Assembly (NCBI GenBank): GCA_963833095.1
Contig: CAWHWQ010000004.1
Coordinates: 128,001 to 192,000 of the forward strand
Reading direction: 5' to 3'
Source of the DNA: Vulcanimicrobiota bacterium
GTDB taxonomy: Bacteria; Vulcanimicrobiota; Vulcanimicrobiia; Vulcanimicrobiales; Vulcanimicrobiaceae
Length of the DNA: 64,000 nucleotides
Shown here piece by piece: positions 27,749-37,400 of this stretch; position 1 is the first letter of the stretch; each line of letters opens with the position of its first letter. Under the pieces are notes generated by a model. That model did not search any database and was not told the origin of the DNA. It saw only the letters and a list, made by a program, of their open reading frames with translations. Made by a program: the position numbers and the translations under genes.

Positions 27749-30070
27749 ATGCGCTTAAGTGTAGCCTGGCTTCTTTTTGCCTTTGGCGTCGTCATTGCCG
27801 GTTGCGGCGGCGGCGGCGGCGGCGCGTCGAGCTTGGTTCCCTCGAGCGGAGGGAATGCCGCCGGCGGCAACGCGCCCTCGAGTGCGAAGACGACGCGCGC
27901 CAACATCGCGCTGTACGTACCGCCCGCGAACAAACAGGCCGCATCGCGCAAGCCCTTCTACATCTCCTCGAATACGCAGTCGTTTGGCGTGGTCGTCCTT
28001 CCCTATACTTCGCCGGTTCCGTCGCCGCTGCCGACGACGAATATCCAGATTTTTCCGATCGCCACGCCAAGCCCATGCGCCGTTGCTAGCGGCGGCGGGG
28101 AGACCTGCAATTTTACGGTTACCGCACCCATCGGCACCGATCTTTTCGTCGTCGCTGCATTTGCGACGGCAGCGCCGAGCGGGAACACGACACCCCTTTC
28201 AGCTTTCGTCTCGGGTCCGGTAACCGTGAGCTTGAGCCCTGCGCCCGGCGCAACGCCGCTAAGCTTTACGTTGAACGGCGTCGTCTACAGCGTCGCGGTA
28301 ACGGTTGCCAGCCCCGATCCCGGAAATACGCCGAACACGCAAGTCTTCACGGTTGGGGTGCCGACGTCGGCACCGGTTGCAGTCACCGCGTATGACACGA
28401 GCGGCAATCTCGTGATGAGTGACCCGACGACGACGTATTATAATCCGATCGTCATCGAGGCCTCACCGGCAGGCGCAGGCCTCACGCTCTCGCTCGCCGG
28501 TTCGTCATCGTGCGGCAGTAGCGCGTCGGGCGCAACGGCAACGCTCAATTGCGCGAGCGACCTGGGCAACGTGCAGGTCGCGTACGACGGCACGCCGCGT
28601 CCCGACGCGAACGATCACCAAATCGACAACTATACGGTGTTTTCGACGACCGCGCCGAATCCGTCGCCATCACCCGCGAATTACGTGCTCGCCAGCAACA
28701 TTCTTTCGTGGCAACTCACGAGCAACGCCTATGTCGGGAGCAACGCGTTCTTGCGGCGGATGAGCAACGGCCAGTTCTTCTATCTCGCTTATTTGGAATC
28801 GCCGGTGAACGGCTGGATCAGCGGAACCTTCGCTCCGGGAACCGAGACGGCCGGCGCCCAGAACACGCTGACCGACGGTAATCTGTTCGACGACGTCGCT
28901 CTCGCATCCGACGGAAGCTACTGGGTGGCTGATTCATCCGGCACACTCGAATGCTTTGCGTCGATCACCGCAACAACGCCGACGCTTACCAGCGTCACCG
29001 CGAACGAGTCGTATGACGGTTATGCGCTCGACATCACCTCGATCGGCATCGATAGCAGCGGCAACATCTGGTACACCGGTTGGGACTCCAACTATCAGGG
29101 CGGCGGCCCGCCCGCGCCTCCGGACTTCGCTGGTTTCTTCAATTCCTCAGGCTGTGCGAACCCGGGCACGCCGGTTGCGCAGTTCACCCTCACCAACGCC
29201 TACGGCGACTACAATCCGCAGCTCGCGGTGAATCCAGCCGGCGGCGTCGCGGTGATCACGGGATCCGATTATCTCCTTAGCGGGCCTAACTATAATGGCG
29301 TATGGGAGATGAATACGGGCAGCGCGTCGCCGATTTCGGGAATATCGACGCTCAATCACGGCGCGGTCGGCGCGGCCATCGCGGCCGATAGCGCCGGAAA
29401 TGTCTACGCCGCTTTCAAGCAGGGCTCGAACCCCAGCGACCTTGAGGAGCTGCCTTCCGGCGCAGGCGCGCTCGATGCATTCTTGACGCTTCCGCCCCAA
29501 AGCGGAAGCCTCCCAAGCCCGCAGCCGTCAGGACTCTCGGCGTTCTCGCCGAGCGGCGGTGCCGCAGACCGGTCGGAGTATACCGACGTCGACTACGAAG
29601 CGCTCGGACTCATCGAATCCGTTCCGGCGTCACCAATGCCGATACTCGTCGCACTACCTAACTCCGCCTACGTCTTAGATGCGGCGTACACGTCGAAGGG
29701 CGGCGAGTACGTGCTCGATATGGACGCGTCCGAAAATCTGAACATCGTTCGCGTGATCCCGACGAAGACGTGGTCGGTGCCGAACGTGTCGCTGAATTCG
29801 GCATGCGGCTCGACGGCGTTGCTCACCATTCTCGAACGCGGTGACTCCGGACCGTTTGCCATCACGATCCCGGCGGCGAGCAGTGTAACTGCAACGCAAC
29901 TGCCCGGCGCCGATCACGACTTCTGGCTCTCGGTCCCCAACGCGAGCACCTCGTTCACGGCACAGGTCGTCGACGCACATGGGCGCACCGAAACGTTCAA
30001 TGTCACTTCGGCGCCAAGCTACGTGACGTGCGGGCTGGCACGACGCAGGCTTAAGGCACCCCACCGATAG
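27749..30070 (+). CDS. large surface lipoprotein with Ig-like and beta-propeller-like regions
   Basis: Lipobox IAGC then poly-Gly; RKPFYISSNTQS; DSSGNIW/DSAGNVY repeats. Confidence 0.8.
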   Translation: MRLSVAWLLFAFGVVIAGCGGGGGGASSLVPSSGGNAAGGNAPSSAKTTRANIALYVPPANKQAASRKPFYISSNTQSFGVVVLPYTSPVPSPLPTTNIQIFPIATPSPCAVASGGGETCNFTVTAPIGTDLFVVAAFATAAPSGNTTPLSAFVSGPVTVSLSPAPGATPLSFTLNGVVYSVAVTVASPDPGNTPNTQVFTVGVPTSAPVAVTAYDTSGNLVMSDPTTTYYNPIVIEASPAGAGLTLSLAGSSSCGSSASGATATLNCASDLGNVQVAYDGTPRPDANDHQIDNYTVFSTTAPNPSPSPANYVLASNILSWQLTSNAYVGSNAFLRRMSNGQFFYLAYLESPVNGWISGTFAPGTETAGAQNTLTDGNLFDDVALASDGSYWVADSSGTLECFASITATTPTLTSVTANESYDGYALDITSIGIDSSGNIWYTGWDSNYQGGGPPAPPDFAGFFNSSGCANPGTPVAQFTLTNAYGDYNPQLAVNPAGGVAVITGSDYLLSGPNYNGVWEMNTGSASPISGISTLNHGAVGAAIAADSAGNVYAAFKQGSNPSDLEELPSGAGALDAFLTLPPQSGSLPSPQPSGLSAFSPSGGAADRSEYTDVDYEALGLIESVPASPMPILVALPNSAYVLDAAYTSKGGEYVLDMDASENLNIVRVIPTKTWSVPNVSLNSACGSTALLTILERGDSGPFAITIPAASSVTATQLPGADHDFWLSVPNASTSFTAQVVDAHGRTETFNVTSAPSYVTCGLARRRLKAPHR

Positions 30071-30087
30071 GGTATAGTATAGAGGCT

Positions 30088-30462
30088 ATGAGACCATATC
30101 TTCTCGCGCTTGCGCTCTTTGCCGCCGTCGCGCCGGCGGTTGCCTCCTCGCAAGACCTTGCCGCCAACGCGCCGCAACGTCAGGCCATCCAGGAGCTGGA
30201 ATATCTGCTCAACCAGCCCGGTGTCCCCGCCGCGCGCGCCGCGCAGCTCCAAGCCCAAGTGGCGCAGCTCGAGACGCAGGCCAACGGCAGCGACCTCCCG
30301 CAGCTCCCCGTCCCCGTCTATGGCACGTGCGACGCCAACAACGCACTCATCGCGTATCTTCAAGGTCAGCTCGCGACAAGCAACCTCGATTACCAGCAAC
30401 GCGTGATCGACAACCGCGCCATCTACGATTTGGGTGTAAACCTCAAACAACGCGGCTGCTAG
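30088..30462 (+). CDS. exported hypothetical protein
   Basis: Signal peptide; two Cys; TAGTAT 7 nt before ATG. Confidence 0.75.
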   Translation: MRPYLLALALFAAVAPAVASSQDLAANAPQRQAIQELEYLLNQPGVPAARAAQLQAQVAQLETQANGSDLPQLPVPVYGTCDANNALIAYLQGQLATSNLDYQQRVIDNRAIYDLGVNLKQRGC

Positions 30463-30473
30463 CAGGTACGGAC

Positions 30474-30863
30474 ATGAAAATACGGCTTGGCGCGGTCTGG
30501 CATTTCAGCCTTGCCGTCAGAGACCCGGAGAAGAGCGCGCAATTCTGGACCCAGAACTTCGATCTGCAGGAAATGTTCCGCTCGCATGAGGTCGTCGCCC
30601 TAACGAACGACGCGCTTATCATCGGATTCTACGAGGGCACACCACATCCGGACGCGATCGACCACTTGTCGTTTCACCTCGACAGTATGCGCGCGCTGCG
30701 CGAAGCGCTCGAGACGCTGAAGCAAAACGGCGTAGAAGTGGAAGATCCGGGTGACGAGATCGGCCCCACATCGCCGGGCTCGCCGCATATGGGGCTGTGG
30801 TTTCACGATCCAGACGGGTATCGCTGGGAACTCTCGGTTCAGAATGGTGCCCGCGACGGTTAA
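30474..30863 (+). CDS. VOC/glyoxalase family protein
   Basis: HFSLAVRD, DHLSF and WFHDPDGYRWEL motifs. Confidence 0.88.
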   Translation: MKIRLGAVWHFSLAVRDPEKSAQFWTQNFDLQEMFRSHEVVALTNDALIIGFYEGTPHPDAIDHLSFHLDSMRALREALETLKQNGVEVEDPGDEIGPTSPGSPHMGLWFHDPDGYRWELSVQNGARDG

Positions 30864-30897
30864 TGCATAGGGCGCGCGAACGCGGCTGCTAATCCTT

Positions 30898-30922
30898 TGT
30901 CATCCCGAGCGTAGTCGAGGGA
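30898..30922 (+). repeat. GTCA-type REP
   Basis: TGTCATCCCGAGCGTAGTCGAGGGA. Confidence 0.85.
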
Positions 30923-30955
30923 CGAACTAATCTATCACCTTGAGGAGGAGCAGCC

Positions 30956-31038
30956 ATGGTGAAGACGATGGTGAAATCCGCTGCTATATCCGCGATCCCG
31001 ATGGTTACCTCATCGAAGTCGGCCAAACAACCGGCTAG
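30956..31038 (+). pseudogene. internally deleted VOC/glyoxalase remnant
   Basis: GAGGAGGAG + ATG, then out-of-frame GEIRCYIRDPDGYLIEVGQTTG* (a typical VOC C-terminus). Confidence 0.7.
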
Positions 31039-31079
31039 TGTCATCCCGAGCGTAGGCGCGTAGCGCCGTAGTCGAGGGA
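31039..31079 (+). repeat. REP with nested hairpin
   Basis: TGTCATCCCGAGCGTA-GGCGCGTAGCGCC-GTAGTCGAGGGA. Confidence 0.85.
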
Positions 31080-31108
31080 GCGCAAGCGGAGACGTCAAAG
31101 TCTCTATA

Positions 31109-31489
31109 ATGGTTAAGTATTTATTTGCCGCCTTTCTTGCGTTTTTTGCCGTGGTGGGGCTCTGCGCCGTTGCCGATGCTCGCCAAGCGGGCATCAACTT
31201 CAGGAATGCATCGACAAACTGTGCCTGGATCACTATTTATGGAAGAGCAAGCGCCATTGGGCCCTGGTCGATCGTCAGCGGCGACCGTCCAAGGAACGTA
31301 AAGCCCGGAGAATACTTCCCGTTCAGATTCACCGCACGGCCCGAAATCAAAGTTCGCGCGGAAGTCTACAAATCGGGTTGCAATCACCCGCTCGCGGCCG
31401 ATTTCGAGCGGAGCTTTGGTAACGTCGGCGGTATGGGCGTCTTGCTAAAAAACAACGGCAACGGCTTCACCCTCGTTCCGGGTTACTAA
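31109..31489 (+). CDS. small exported beta-rich protein
   Basis: Signal peptide ending ADA; NCAWITIY and KVRAEV..C; visibly lower GC. Confidence 0.8.
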   Translation: MVKYLFAAFLAFFAVVGLCAVADARQAGINFRNASTNCAWITIYGRASAIGPWSIVSGDRPRNVKPGEYFPFRFTARPEIKVRAEVYKSGCNHPLAADFERSFGNVGGMGVLLKNNGNGFTLVPGY

Positions 31490-31541
31490 ACGGAACGTCG
31501 CGTAGGCGCGCACTCCTCACCGAAGTCGGCCAAACGACCGG

Positions 31542-32387
31542 CTAGGATCCTGTCATGCCGAGCGCGGCGAGATAGGCGTTCTGCGCCTGCCGCGCGCAAT
31601 CGTTGATCGACTCGACGATTGCGTCGTTCGGCACCGTCGTTCGGAGCGGTCGTTGCCCCTTTGGCAGATTTGCCAAACGCGCGATCGCGCGGGCAACATC
31701 TGCAGGATCGCGGCCTTGCGCTGCTGCGGCGAGACCGCTGGACAATTTCTTTGCTACCTGCAGTGCCTCTGGGCCGTAGGCCGCCCCGCGCGCGAGATCA
31801 TCGGGCCGCGTGCTCTTGGAACCGATTTCCGTGGGAAACGCGCCGGGCTGCACGATCGCGACATCGATCCCCAGCGGAGCGAGTTCGAGCGCACTCGATT
31901 CGGCGAGCGCCTCGAGCGCCCACTTCGATGAAGCGTAGACGCCGCCGAACGGAGTCGTGATGCGACCAACCACCGATGAGATGTAGACGATCAATCCCGC
32001 GCCGCGCTCGCGCATCGCCGGCAAAAACGCGCGGTTGACCCGCAGGGGTCCAAAGACGTTGATCGCATATTGCTGCTCCACGAGCGCAGGCGTATACGCT
32101 TCGAGCAGGCCAAAGTACGCGGCGCCCGCGTTGTTGACGAGCAGATCCGGCGTTGCGATTGCAACGATCGCTCTCGCCGCAGCGTCGACCGAGGCGTCAC
32201 TGGTCACGTCGAGCTCGACGACCTTTGCCCCAAGCGCGCGAAGCGTTTTTGCAGCCTCGGCATTGGCGGCGGCCGCGTTGCGCATGGTCGCAAAGACGCG
32301 CCAGCCCTCGCCCAGGAGCAACTCCGCCGTCACGCGGCCAAAGCCGGAGTTGGAACCGGTGATGACCGCCGTGCGCTGCGCTGACAT
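31542..32387 (-). CDS. SDR family oxidoreductase
   Basis: TGSNSGFG, LVNNAG and YASSK; start at ATG 32387 or 32390. Confidence 0.9.
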   Translation of the reverse strand: MSAQRTAVITGSNSGFGRVTAELLLGEGWRVFATMRNAAAANAEAAKTLRALGAKVVELDVTSDASVDAAARAIVAIATPDLLVNNAGAAYFGLLEAYTPALVEQQYAINVFGPLRVNRAFLPAMRERGAGLIVYISSVVGRITTPFGGVYASSKWALEALAESSALELAPLGIDVAIVQPGAFPTEIGSKSTRPDDLARGAAYGPEALQVAKKLSSGLAAAAQGRDPADVARAIARLANLPKGQRPLRTTVPNDAIVESINDCARQAQNAYLAALGMTGS

Positions 32388-32421
32388 CATCTAGTTATAC
32401 CATCAGAATACGCGCCCCGCA

Positions 32422-32437
32422 TCACGTATCTAGGTGA
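32422..32437. promoter_or_regulatory. palindromic box, copy 1 (TCACGTATCTAGGTGA)
   Basis: Centre 42.5 bp upstream of ATG 32387; TG-G-TATAAC -10 on the minus strand (32399-32394). Confidence 0.65.
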
Positions 32438-32472
32438 TGTAGGTTGTCTCCATTCGTGGGACGGTAGACACC

Positions 32473-32871
32473 ATGAGAGTCCTCCTGATTACTGCGATTA
32501 CACTGCTCGCCATGACCTCGGCTGCGCTCGCGGTCACCGAAAACAGTCCCGCCCCAGTCCAAATTACGGCCTGTGTCGTAATGCTGGCCGGAAATGCGGA
32601 TGCCGTTGGTGCACCCGGTGTGAGCCTGACCAACGGTGTGACCACAACGCTGGTGAATAACAGCGGCAAGGTCATCAAGGGGTTGACGGTTGCGGGCGAC
32701 TACCACGGCCGCCATGAATCCGCCAGCGCAAGCTTCACGTTCAATCCCGGAACCACGGTGCAGATCACGCGCCACTTTACGCAATCGGCGTACGTTGACC
32801 CCGACGCGAAGTGCCGCGTGACGCACGTGGACTTCGCCGACGGAACCTCGTGGAGCGCGCCCAGCCAATAG
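32473..32871 (+). CDS. exported hypothetical protein
   Basis: Signal peptide; APVQITAC...CRVTHVDFADGTSW. Confidence 0.75.
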   Translation: MRVLLITAITLLAMTSAALAVTENSPAPVQITACVVMLAGNADAVGAPGVSLTNGVTTTLVNNSGKVIKGLTVAGDYHGRHESASASFTFNPGTTVQITRHFTQSAYVDPDAKCRVTHVDFADGTSWSAPSQ

Positions 32872-32879
32872 CGCACCTG

Positions 32880-34409
32880 ATGCGCTATAACACCGCCGCG
32901 ACGCGAGCGGCCTGCATCATTCTCGGTTCGCTCTTGGCGGCGTTTATCGACCGATCGACGGCTACCGCGACGGGTGCCGTCCTGCCCTGGGCCCAAGGCG
33001 ACCTTGCAATTTCGGGCGATGACGCGCCGCTCGTCGCCGTTGCGTACAATGCCGCGTACTATAGCGGCATATTGCTTGGTCCGTTTCTTGTAATGCGCGC
33101 GGGGCGGATTCGCTATCTGGCCCTCTGCCTTGTGACCTACGCCGTTGCGGCGTTGTGCTGTGGCCTCAGTCAATCGTTCTGGGAACTGGTCGTGTTTCGG
33201 ATCGTTCTTGGCGCTGCAGGCGGTGGATTTTTTCTCGGCGGCCTCCTGACAAGTTTCGCCAACCTCCCGCCGCGCGTAACGCCGCTCTTTATCCTCGGCT
33301 ATGCTGCGGTGTCACAATGCGCAAGCGCGGTGGCGCCGCTTTTGGCCGGGTCGGTCGTCAACGATGAGTCCTGGCGCATCCTCTACCTGGTGCTAGGGCT
33401 TGGCGCTGCAGCGGCCGCAGCACTGGTGACCGTTCCCGCATCGGAGAGCGGCCTCGATAAAGACCTGCGCAAGCAGAACGCGCAGACGTCGACGGACTTC
33501 GTCGGCCTCAGTCTCCTGGTTGTTCTTATTTCCGCCTACGCCTACACGATGGGATACGGCGAGCAGCGCGATTGGCTCAACGCGGACGACGTCGCGTTCG
33601 CGATAGGACTGCTTGCAATCGTCGCGATCGCGCTTCTTGCTTGGGAACGATTCGGCGCGCGCGATCCGATTGTTCCGCTCGCGATCTTCGGCGAACGCGA
33701 CGTTCGGCTCGGCGTAATCCTCGGCCTCGCCGCCGGATTTCCGCTTTACGGCACCTCGGTACTACTGCAATACCTCGAAGGCACGCTGAACTTTCCGCTC
33801 CACCTCGCCGGCGGCGTCATCGCGATACGCGCGATCTCGCTGTTAGTCTCCGCGCCGGTAGGAAGCGCGCTTGTGGCACGTGGTGTGGACTCGCGCGTGG
33901 TCATGGCGGCAGGGTTCGTCATGAGCGCGGTCGCCTTTGCATGGGAGTCGTCGGGTATCACCAGCGGCGCGGAGTTCGCGAGCTTCATTGGGCCCGAAAT
34001 TCTGGTTGGACTCGGTTTTGGCCTCACCTACGCCCCACTGTTGCTCACCGTTGTTAGCAACGTACGCGCGGTATATATCCCATTTGCTATCGCGCTCATG
34101 AACTTCGTATTTGTCTTGCCTGGATCGTTTGCCAATGCTGCGCTCGGCACGCTCTTCGATCATCGCCTTTCGAGCCACTTAGCGGATCTCGCTTCATCCG
34201 CGAGTCTCGCCCGTCCGGTTATTCGCGAAGCGATGCGGCAGGATCCGTCGGCAACGCTGCGCCTCCTCGCCGAGCTCGTCTACCAGCAGTCGGCCGTCAT
34301 GGCATTCGTCGACGTCGCGCTCGGGTGCGCGGCGGTTGCCGCCATCGCCCTTCCGTTCACGCTCATCCTCCGCCCGGCAAGGTCCGAGATCGCGCAAACG
34401 ACGCCATGA
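32880..34409 (+). CDS. MFS transporter (DHA2/EmrB-like)
   Basis: ~14 TM segments; FRIVLGAAGG, APLLAG..SWRILY and GEQRDWL. Confidence 0.85.
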   Translation: MRYNTAATRAACIILGSLLAAFIDRSTATATGAVLPWAQGDLAISGDDAPLVAVAYNAAYYSGILLGPFLVMRAGRIRYLALCLVTYAVAALCCGLSQSFWELVVFRIVLGAAGGGFFLGGLLTSFANLPPRVTPLFILGYAAVSQCASAVAPLLAGSVVNDESWRILYLVLGLGAAAAAALVTVPASESGLDKDLRKQNAQTSTDFVGLSLLVVLISAYAYTMGYGEQRDWLNADDVAFAIGLLAIVAIALLAWERFGARDPIVPLAIFGERDVRLGVILGLAAGFPLYGTSVLLQYLEGTLNFPLHLAGGVIAIRAISLLVSAPVGSALVARGVDSRVVMAAGFVMSAVAFAWESSGITSGAEFASFIGPEILVGLGFGLTYAPLLLTVVSNVRAVYIPFAIALMNFVFVLPGSFANAALGTLFDHRLSSHLADLASSASLARPVIREAMRQDPSATLRLLAELVYQQSAVMAFVDVALGCAAVAAIALPFTLILRPARSEIAQTTP

Positions 34410-34717
34410 TTTCAGGACGGCTCGAACTTGATGAAGACCAGCGTGCGTTGTGCGGGCGCATACGAGCTTGTATTGAACGAGCAACGGCAGCGGATCCATG
34501 GCTTGCGGCTGACGCCCAGGCGGCGATGCTCGAGCTGTCCGAGGCTCTCGTGTCGGGGCCCAGCGACCTTGACCTCGTGCATTGGAGGCGATTCTTTAGC
34601 GTGGTAGTGGCGATCGCTCGAAGGCTCGACACGATGCCGATCACGCTCGCGCAGCAACTCGCAGTGGTTCATCTCGCGCGCCTTATCGATGAGAATCGCG
34701 ATCTCATTGACGCATAA
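34406..34717 (+). CDS. hypothetical helical protein
   Basis: ATGA overlap with the MFS stop; 103 aa. Confidence 0.55.
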   Translation: MISGRLELDEDQRALCGRIRACIERATAADPWLAADAQAAMLELSEALVSGPSDLDLVHWRRFFSVVVAIARRLDTMPITLAQQLAVVHLARLIDENRDLIDA

Positions 34718-34722
34718 GCTGA

Positions 34723-35466
34723 CTACTTCGCTGCGCTGACATCGGCCGCGGTCACGGGACCGCCATGGTTTCCCCAGGACGTCCGGATGTAGGTGATGAC
34801 CGCTGCCACTTGCGCAGCCGTCAACGCCTGTTTCCAACCAGGCATCGTACCTTCGTATGCGGCGCCGTTCACGGTGATTTTTGCGTTGAGTCCGTTGTTG
34901 ACGATCTCGATGACCTTGTTCGCCGGGCCCGTCACGTCCGGATTATTCGCCAGCGGCGGGAAGACGCCGGGCGTCCCTGTGCCCGCGGCGCCGTGACACG
35001 CAGAGCAATTCGCCGTGTAGACGGTCTCGCCGACCGCCGTGCTTGCGACAGCGGTTTCCTTCGCCGTGCGTTCGCCGGCGTATCCGCGAAGCAACGCGAT
35101 CTCGCTCGCGCTCTTTCCCTCTGGAATCGACACCAGGTAGCCATAAATCTTCGCCGCGTCCTGATCGGAAACGATCAACGCGCTGTACGCCGGCATTGCG
35201 TCTCTCGGCGTACGCAATTGTGTTAGGAACGCGCTATAGGGCTTCGGATGAGGCGCCAGCATCGGTCCCCAGCCGCCGCTCCCGCGCCGCCCGCTCCCTT
35301 GCCCGACCGTGCCGTGACACTCATAACAGCCGACGCGCATGAAGAGCGCTTTCCCGACCTTTGCATTGCCGGCGGGCGCGCTGCTTTGGCCGAACACAGC
35401 GCCCGTCCCCGCGAGTAGAGCGAACCCGAGTGCCGTGGCAAGTCCGATCGAACGTCGTGTGTCCAT
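34723..35466 (-). CDS. exported diheme cytochrome c
   Basis: Signal peptide; CYECH and CSACH, each with a downstream axial Met (MPAY, MPGW). Confidence 0.92.
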   Translation of the reverse strand: MDTRRSIGLATALGFALLAGTGAVFGQSSAPAGNAKVGKALFMRVGCYECHGTVGQGSGRRGSGGWGPMLAPHPKPYSAFLTQLRTPRDAMPAYSALIVSDQDAAKIYGYLVSIPEGKSASEIALLRGYAGERTAKETAVASTAVGETVYTANCSACHGAAGTGTPGVFPPLANNPDVTGPANKVIEIVNNGLNAKITVNGAAYEGTMPGWKQALTAAQVAAVITYIRTSWGNHGGPVTAADVSAAK

Positions 35467-35468
35467 GG

Positions 35469-37400
35469 TTAGCGGCCTTGCGAAACGACATCGATCAGCG
35501 CGGGTTCACCGCGCTTTACGACGGTTAGCGCCCGAGCTATTGCCGGGCCGAGGTCCGCAGGCGAGCTGATTGGACCTTGTCCGTAGATGCCAAGGCCACT
35601 TGCGATCTTCGCGTAGTCGATGTCCGGTCGCGTGAGCGTCGTACCGATCCCAGCGCGCTCGGGATGCCGATTGCGGCGCGCGGTCTCGACCTGAATGGCC
35701 ATTTCTTCTTGGTGATAGGCGCGGTTGTTATGAATGAGCGTCAAGAGCGGCAGCTTATGGTGCGCAGCCGACCAATGCGAGCCCGGAAGCATCATGAAGT
35801 CGCCATCTCCCTGAATGCTCACGCACACGATCCCGTCATTGCGATGCGCAAGCGCTGCTCCGACCGATGCAGGGCCGTTGTACCCAATTCCAATTGCGCC
35901 GGAACCACCAATGTATTGGTGATGCTTCGTGAAGTCCCATAAACGTTGTTGCCAGTTGCTTTGAAAGGCCGACCACGAGACCAGGGCCCAATCGATATCT
36001 TGTATTTGGTTCCAGAGCTCCATGACCAAGCGCGGAACGCTGATGGGACTCGCGTCCCAGCCTACCGCCGCGGCGTTGGCGTCGGCTGCACGCCGGGCGG
36101 CGAAGGCATTCTTTAGCTTGTCCGCGCGATCCGCGTTCTGGTTACGACGCGATTGTGACATCGCTCGCTGCACCGCCTCAATCAGACCCGGGAGCGTCGC
36201 CTCCGAATCGCCGGCAACGGGCAGATCCGCCTGATAGAAGCGCTGCTTGACCTGATAGTTTCCTTCGGGAACGTTGAGTTCGGCGTCGATCGAGATGACT
36301 TTGACGCCGCCGGCAATGCGGTACCTCGTTTCGTGAATCACCCCATCCGATACGGATCCGACGACCGAGAAAAGATCTCCGACATCGAGCGCGAGCAACA
36401 CATCGGCCTGCGTCACCACGAACGCGGGCGACCACAGATGATGATTGCTCGGAAAGTTCATGCGCCCGAGCAAATCGACAACCGGCGCTTGGAGCGTCTC
36501 GGCTAATGTTACCAGCAGTTCGACCCCTGCCGGTGTGCGCGCTGCGCGGTCTACCACGATGACGGGATACTTTGCGTCAACCAGCAGCGTCGCAATTTCC
36601 GCAACGGCGTTTGCATCCGCCGCCGGCGGTCGAACGGCAACGAACGGTTTCATCGTGGGCATACCGCTCGTCGTCATGTCTTGCAAATCTTGATCGAGGA
36701 CGAGCGCGACCGGCCCCATCGGCGGCGTCGTTGCCAACCCGTGCGCCCGCCCAAGTGCTTCGGCAAAATCTTCCAGCGAGCCAGGTTGCTCGTCGTATTT
36801 GAGGTACCCGCGCAGCATTGCGAGGCCATCGGTTGCGTTGTGGTACCAGTCTGGTGGTGAAATGCGATGGGTGGCGTCCGCGTAGTTTCCGGTCAGCAGC
36901 AACATCGGAACACGATCGGCGTAGGCATTATAGACGCCCATGGAAGCGTGTTGAACGCCGACGACACCGTGCACCGCAAACGCCATTGGTTTGCCCGAGG
37001 CCTTTGCATAGCCGTGCGCGACTGCGGCTGAAATCTCTTCGTGCGTCACCGTCAGCCACTCGGGCTTCCCGTCGGTTGGATAGTTGAGGACCGATTCCTG
37101 AAAGCCGCTAAACGTCGTCCCGGGGATCGCCGCGACATACTCGTAACCCAGTGCCTTCAAGCACGCAACCATGAAGTCCGAACCCGGATTCGTCACGTGG
37201 TAAACCGGATCGTATGCCTCTGCTTGAGCGATCTCGATTCCGGCGAATTCCGTCAGCGCTGACGGCGCCAGCTTTGCCGGCGCAGATGGCGGCACAGACG
37301 CCTGCGCCGTGGCCGCCGACACGCCGGCGGTCGCAGCCGCCGCAACGGCTGCAGTTGCAGAAAGGAACGCGCGACGATCGACGCCGTTTGCTTTCTTCAC
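35469..37400 (-). CDS. ThDP-binding enzyme (ALS/decarboxylase family) with twin-arginine signal
   Basis: DRRAFLS + hydrophobic stretch + AQA; THEE catalytic Glu; GDG-X24-NN. Confidence 0.88.
   Translation of the reverse strand: MKKANGVDRRAFLSATAAVAAAATAGVSAATAQASVPPSAPAKLAPSALTEFAGIEIAQAEAYDPVYHVTNPGSDFMVACLKALGYEYVAAIPGTTFSGFQESVLNYPTDGKPEWLTVTHEEISAAVAHGYAKASGKPMAFAVHGVVGVQHASMGVYNAYADRVPMLLLTGNYADATHRISPPDWYHNATDGLAMLRGYLKYDEQPGSLEDFAEALGRAHGLATTPPMGPVALVLDQDLQDMTTSGMPTMKPFVAVRPPAADANAVAEIATLLVDAKYPVIVVDRAARTPAGVELLVTLAETLQAPVVDLLGRMNFPSNHHLWSPAFVVTQADVLLALDVGDLFSVVGSVSDGVIHETRYRIAGGVKVISIDAELNVPEGNYQVKQRFYQADLPVAGDSEATLPGLIEAVQRAMSQSRRNQNADRADKLKNAFAARRAADANAAAVGWDASPISVPRLVMELWNQIQDIDWALVSWSAFQSNWQQRLWDFTKHHQYIGGSGAIGIGYNGPASVGAALAHRNDGIVCVSIQGDGDFMMLPGSHWSAAHHKLPLLTLIHNNRAYHQEEMAIQVETARRNRHPERAGIGTTLTRPDIDYAKIASGLGIYGQGPISSPADLGPAIARALTVVKRGEPALIDVVSQGR

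Larger units (their letters stand above)
31008..31545 (+). repeat. 31-bp direct repeat (31008-31038 and 31515-31545) flanking one gene
   Basis: CCTCA[T/C]CGAAGTCGGCCAAAC[A/G]ACCGGCTAG, 29/31 identical. Confidence 0.9.
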
